Position numbers and translations under genes: made by a program
Source of the DNA: Squalus acanthias
Lineage: Eukaryota
NCBI GenBank assembly: GCA_030390025.1
Contig: JASTWF010000365.1
Location: forward strand, 124,001-188,000
Reading direction: 5' to 3'
DNA length: 64,000 nucleotides
Notes under the pieces: model-generated
Seen by the model: the letters and a program-made list of their open reading frames with translations, nothing else
Told to the model about the DNA's origin: nothing
Database searches by the model: none
Shown here: in pieces, positions 60,558-64,000 of the stretch
Layout: each line of letters starts with the position of its first letter
How positions within the stretch are numbered: position 1 is the first letter of the stretch

Positions 60558-63500
60558 GCAGAAAGAGAGAGAGAGAGATACAGAAAGAGAGAGACACAGA
60601 TACAGAAAGAGAGAGAGAGAGACAGATACAGAAAGAGAGAGAGACAGATGCAGAAAGAGAGAGACAGAAAGAGAGAGAGATACAGAAAGAGAGAGACAGA
60701 CAGAAAGAGAGAGACAGAAAGAGAGAGGGAGAAAGAGAGAGAGAGAGAAAGAGAGAGAGAGACAGATACGTAAAGAGAGATACAGAAAGAGAGTTACAGA
60801 AAGAGAGAGAAACTGACACAGAAAGAGAGAGAGAGAGACAGATACAGAAAGAGAGAGAGAGAAAGATACAGAAAGAGAGAGATAGAAAGAGAGAGAGAGA
60901 TACAGAAAGAATGAGAGACAGAAGGAGAGATACAGAAAGAGAGAGAGACGGATACAGAAAAAGAGAGAGACAGATACAGAAAGAGAGAGAGAGACAGATA
61001 CAGAAAGAGAGACAGAAAGAGAGAGAGACAGATACAGAACGAGAGAGAGACAGATACAGAAAGAGAGAGAGACAGATACAGAAAGAGAGAGAGAGATACA
61101 GAAAGAGAGACAGATACAGATACAGAAAGAGAGACAGATACAGAAAGAGAAAGACAGATACAGAAAGAGAGAGAGACAGAAATAGAGAGAGACAGAAAGA
61201 GAGAGAGCCATACAGAAAGAGAGAGACAGATACAGAAAGAAAGAGACAGAAAGAGAGAGAGATACAGAAAGAGAGAGAGAGACAGAGAGAGAGATACAGA
61301 AAGAGAGAGAGACAGATACAGAAAGAGAGATACAGAAAGAGAGAAACAGACACAGAAAGAGAGAGAGACAGAAAGAGAGAGAGAGAGCGACAGATACAGA
61401 AAGAGAGAGAGAAAGATACAGAAAGAGAGATACAGAAAGAGAGAGAGACAGAAGGAGAGATACAGAAAGAGAGAGAGACGGATACAGAAAAAGAGAGAGA
61501 CAGATACAGAAAGAGAGAGAGAGAGAGAGAAAGAAAGAGAGAGGGAGAAAGAGAGAGATAGAGAAATAGAGACAGAAAGAGAGAGAGAGACGGATACAGG
61601 AATTATACAGAAAGAGAGAGAGAGATGCAGAAAGAGAGAGAGAGACAGATGCAGAAAGAGAGATACAGAAAGAGCGAAAGATACAGAAAGAGAGAGACAG
61701 ATACAGAACGAGAGAGAGACAGATACTGAAAGAGAGAGACAGATCCAGAAAGAGAGAGAGACAGATACAGAAAGAGAGATACAGAAAGAGAGAGAGATAC
61801 AGAAAGAGAGAGAGACAGATACAGAAAGAGAGAGAAACAGATACAGAAAGAGAGAGAGACAGAAAGAGAGAGAGAGAGAGACAGATACAGAAAGAGAGAG
61901 AGAAAGATACAGAAAGAGAGAGAAACAGAAAGAGAGAGAGAGATACAGAAAGAGAGAGAGACAGAAGGAGAGATACAGAAAGAGAGAGAGACAGATACAG
62001 AAAGAGAGAGAGACACAGATACAGAAAGAGAGAGAGACAGATACAGAGAGAGAGAGACAGATACAGAAAGAGAGAGACAGATACAGAAAGAGAGAGAGAC
62101 ACAGATACAGAAAGAGAGAGAGACAGATACAGAGAGAGAGAGACAGATACAGAAAGAGAGAGACAGATACAGAAAGAGAGAGAGACGGATACAGAAAGAG
62201 AGAGAGAGACACAGATGCAGAAAGAGAGAGAGATACAGAAAGAGAGAGAGATACAGAAAGAGAGATACAGAAAGAGAGAGACAGAAAGATAGAGATACAG
62301 AAAGAGAGAGATATACAGAAATAGAGAGAGACAGAAAGAGAGAGAGACATACAGAAAGAGAGAGACAGATACAAAAAGAGAGACACAGATACAGAAAGAG
62401 AGAGAGACAGAGAGAGAGAGAGATACAGAAAGAGAGAGAGACAGAAAGAGAGAGATACAGAAAGAGAGAGAGACAGATACAGAAAGAAAGAGAAACATAT
62501 GCAGAAAGAGAGAGAGACAGATACAGAAAGAAAGAGAAACATATACAGAAAGAGAGAGAGAGACAGATACAGAAAGAGAGAGAGACAGATACAGAGAGAG
62601 AGAGAGAGAGATACAGAGAGACAGATACAGAAAGAGAGAGAGACAGATACAGAGAGAGAGAGAGAGAGATACAGAAAGAAAGAGAAACATATACAGAAAG
62701 AGAGAGAGAGACAGATAGAGAAAGAGAGAGAGACAGATACAGAGAGAGAGACAGATACAGAGAGAGAGAGAGACAGATACAGAGAGAGAGAGACAGATAC
62801 AGAAAGAGAGAGAGAGACAGATACAGAAAGAGAGAGAGACAGATACAGAGAGAGAGAGACAGATACAGAAAGAGAGAGACGGATACAGAAAGAGAGAGAG
62901 ACAGATACAGAAAGAGAGAGACAGAAAGAGAGAGAGAGAAAGAAAGAGAGAGACAGAAAGAGAGAGGGAGAAAGAGAGAGAGAGAAAGAGAGAGAGAACG
63001 AGAGAGAGACAGATACGGAAAGAGACAGATACGGAAAGAGAGACAGATGCAGAAAGAGAGAGAGAGAGAGATACAGAAAGAGAGAGAGAGACAGTTACAG
63101 AAAGAGAGAGAGGCAGATGCAGAAAGAGAGAGACAGAAACAGACAAAGATACAGAAAGAGAGAGACAGACAGAAAGAGAGAGACAGAAAGAGAGTTACAG
63201 AAAGAGAGAGAAACAGACACAGAAAGAGAGAGATACAGAAAGAGAGAGAGAGAAAGAGAGAGAGAGATACAGAAAGAGAGAGAGACGGATACATAAAAAG
63301 AGAGAAACAGATACAGAAAGAGAGAGAGACAGAAAGAGAGAGAGAGAGACAGATACAGAAAGAGAGAGAGACAGATACAGAAAGAGAGAGAGACAGATAC
63401 AGAAAGAGAGAGAGATACAGAAAGAGAGACAGATACAGATACAGAAAGAGAGACAGATACAGAAAGAGAGAGACAGATACAGAAAGAGAGAGAGACAGGA

Positions 63501-64000
63501 ATAGAGAGAGACAGAAAGAGAGAGAGACATACAGAAAGAGAGAGACAGATACAGAAAGAGAGAGACAGAAAGAGAGAAACAGACACAGAAAGAGAGAGAG
63601 ACAGAAAGAGAGAGAGATACAGAAAGAGAGAGAGAGACAGAGAGAGATACAGAGAGAGAGACAGATACAGAGAGATACAGAAAGAGAGAAACAGACACAG
63701 AAAGAGAGTGAGACAGAAAGAGAGAGAGAGCGACAGATACAGAAAGAGACAGAGAAAGATACAGAAAGAGAGATACAGAAAGAGAGAGAGACAGAAGGAG
63801 AGATACAAAAAGAGAGAGAGACGGATACAGAAAAAGAGAGAGACAGATACAGAAAGAGAGAGAGAGAGAGAGACAGAAATAGAGAGTGAGAAAGAGAGAG
63901 ATAGAGAAAGAGAGACAGAAAGAGAGAGAGAGACAGATACAGGAATTATACAGAAAGAGAGAGATGCAGAAAGAGAGAGAGAGACTGATGCAGAAAGAGA
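60558..64000. repeat. Continuation of the purine-rich array (ACAGATACAGAAAGAGAG type)
   Basis: Same unit and the same rare marker GGAATTATAC as in 43.5-47.4 kb. Confidence 0.97.

Overview
Repeat-rich vertebrate genomic DNA, most likely cartilaginous fish, inferred from the CR1 LINEs, SacSINE1/Deu-like SINEs and HE1-like V-SINE. It has three parts. (1) 9.1-23.3 kb: an eight-coding-exon, + strand Ly6/uPAR (three-finger, LU) gene that the ORF track misses. It encodes 264 aa: signal peptide, two LU domains, Ser/Thr stalk, a glycine-zipper transmembrane helix and a short cytoplasmic tail. Its introns are filled with SINEs, CR1/L2 pieces, a solo LTR and transposon-derived minisatellites. (2) 24.4-47.5 kb and 60.6-64 kb: a giant (AG)n/ACAGATAC simple-sequence array, which produces the huge artefactual ORFs. 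(3) Inside that array is a CR1 LINE, and inside the CR1 a young, near-complete 10.7-kb retrovirus-like element (47919-58613). The element has 1.68-kb LTRs, a 4-bp TSD, a tRNA-Arg PBS, Gag with an overlapping PSAP/PPxY late domain, an in-frame UGA-CUAG gag-pol junction and a dual RNase H Pol. In the env position it carries a probably spliced, signal-peptide gene with an immunoglobulin-like domain instead of a recognisable envelope. All calls were made by eye, with no database searches.
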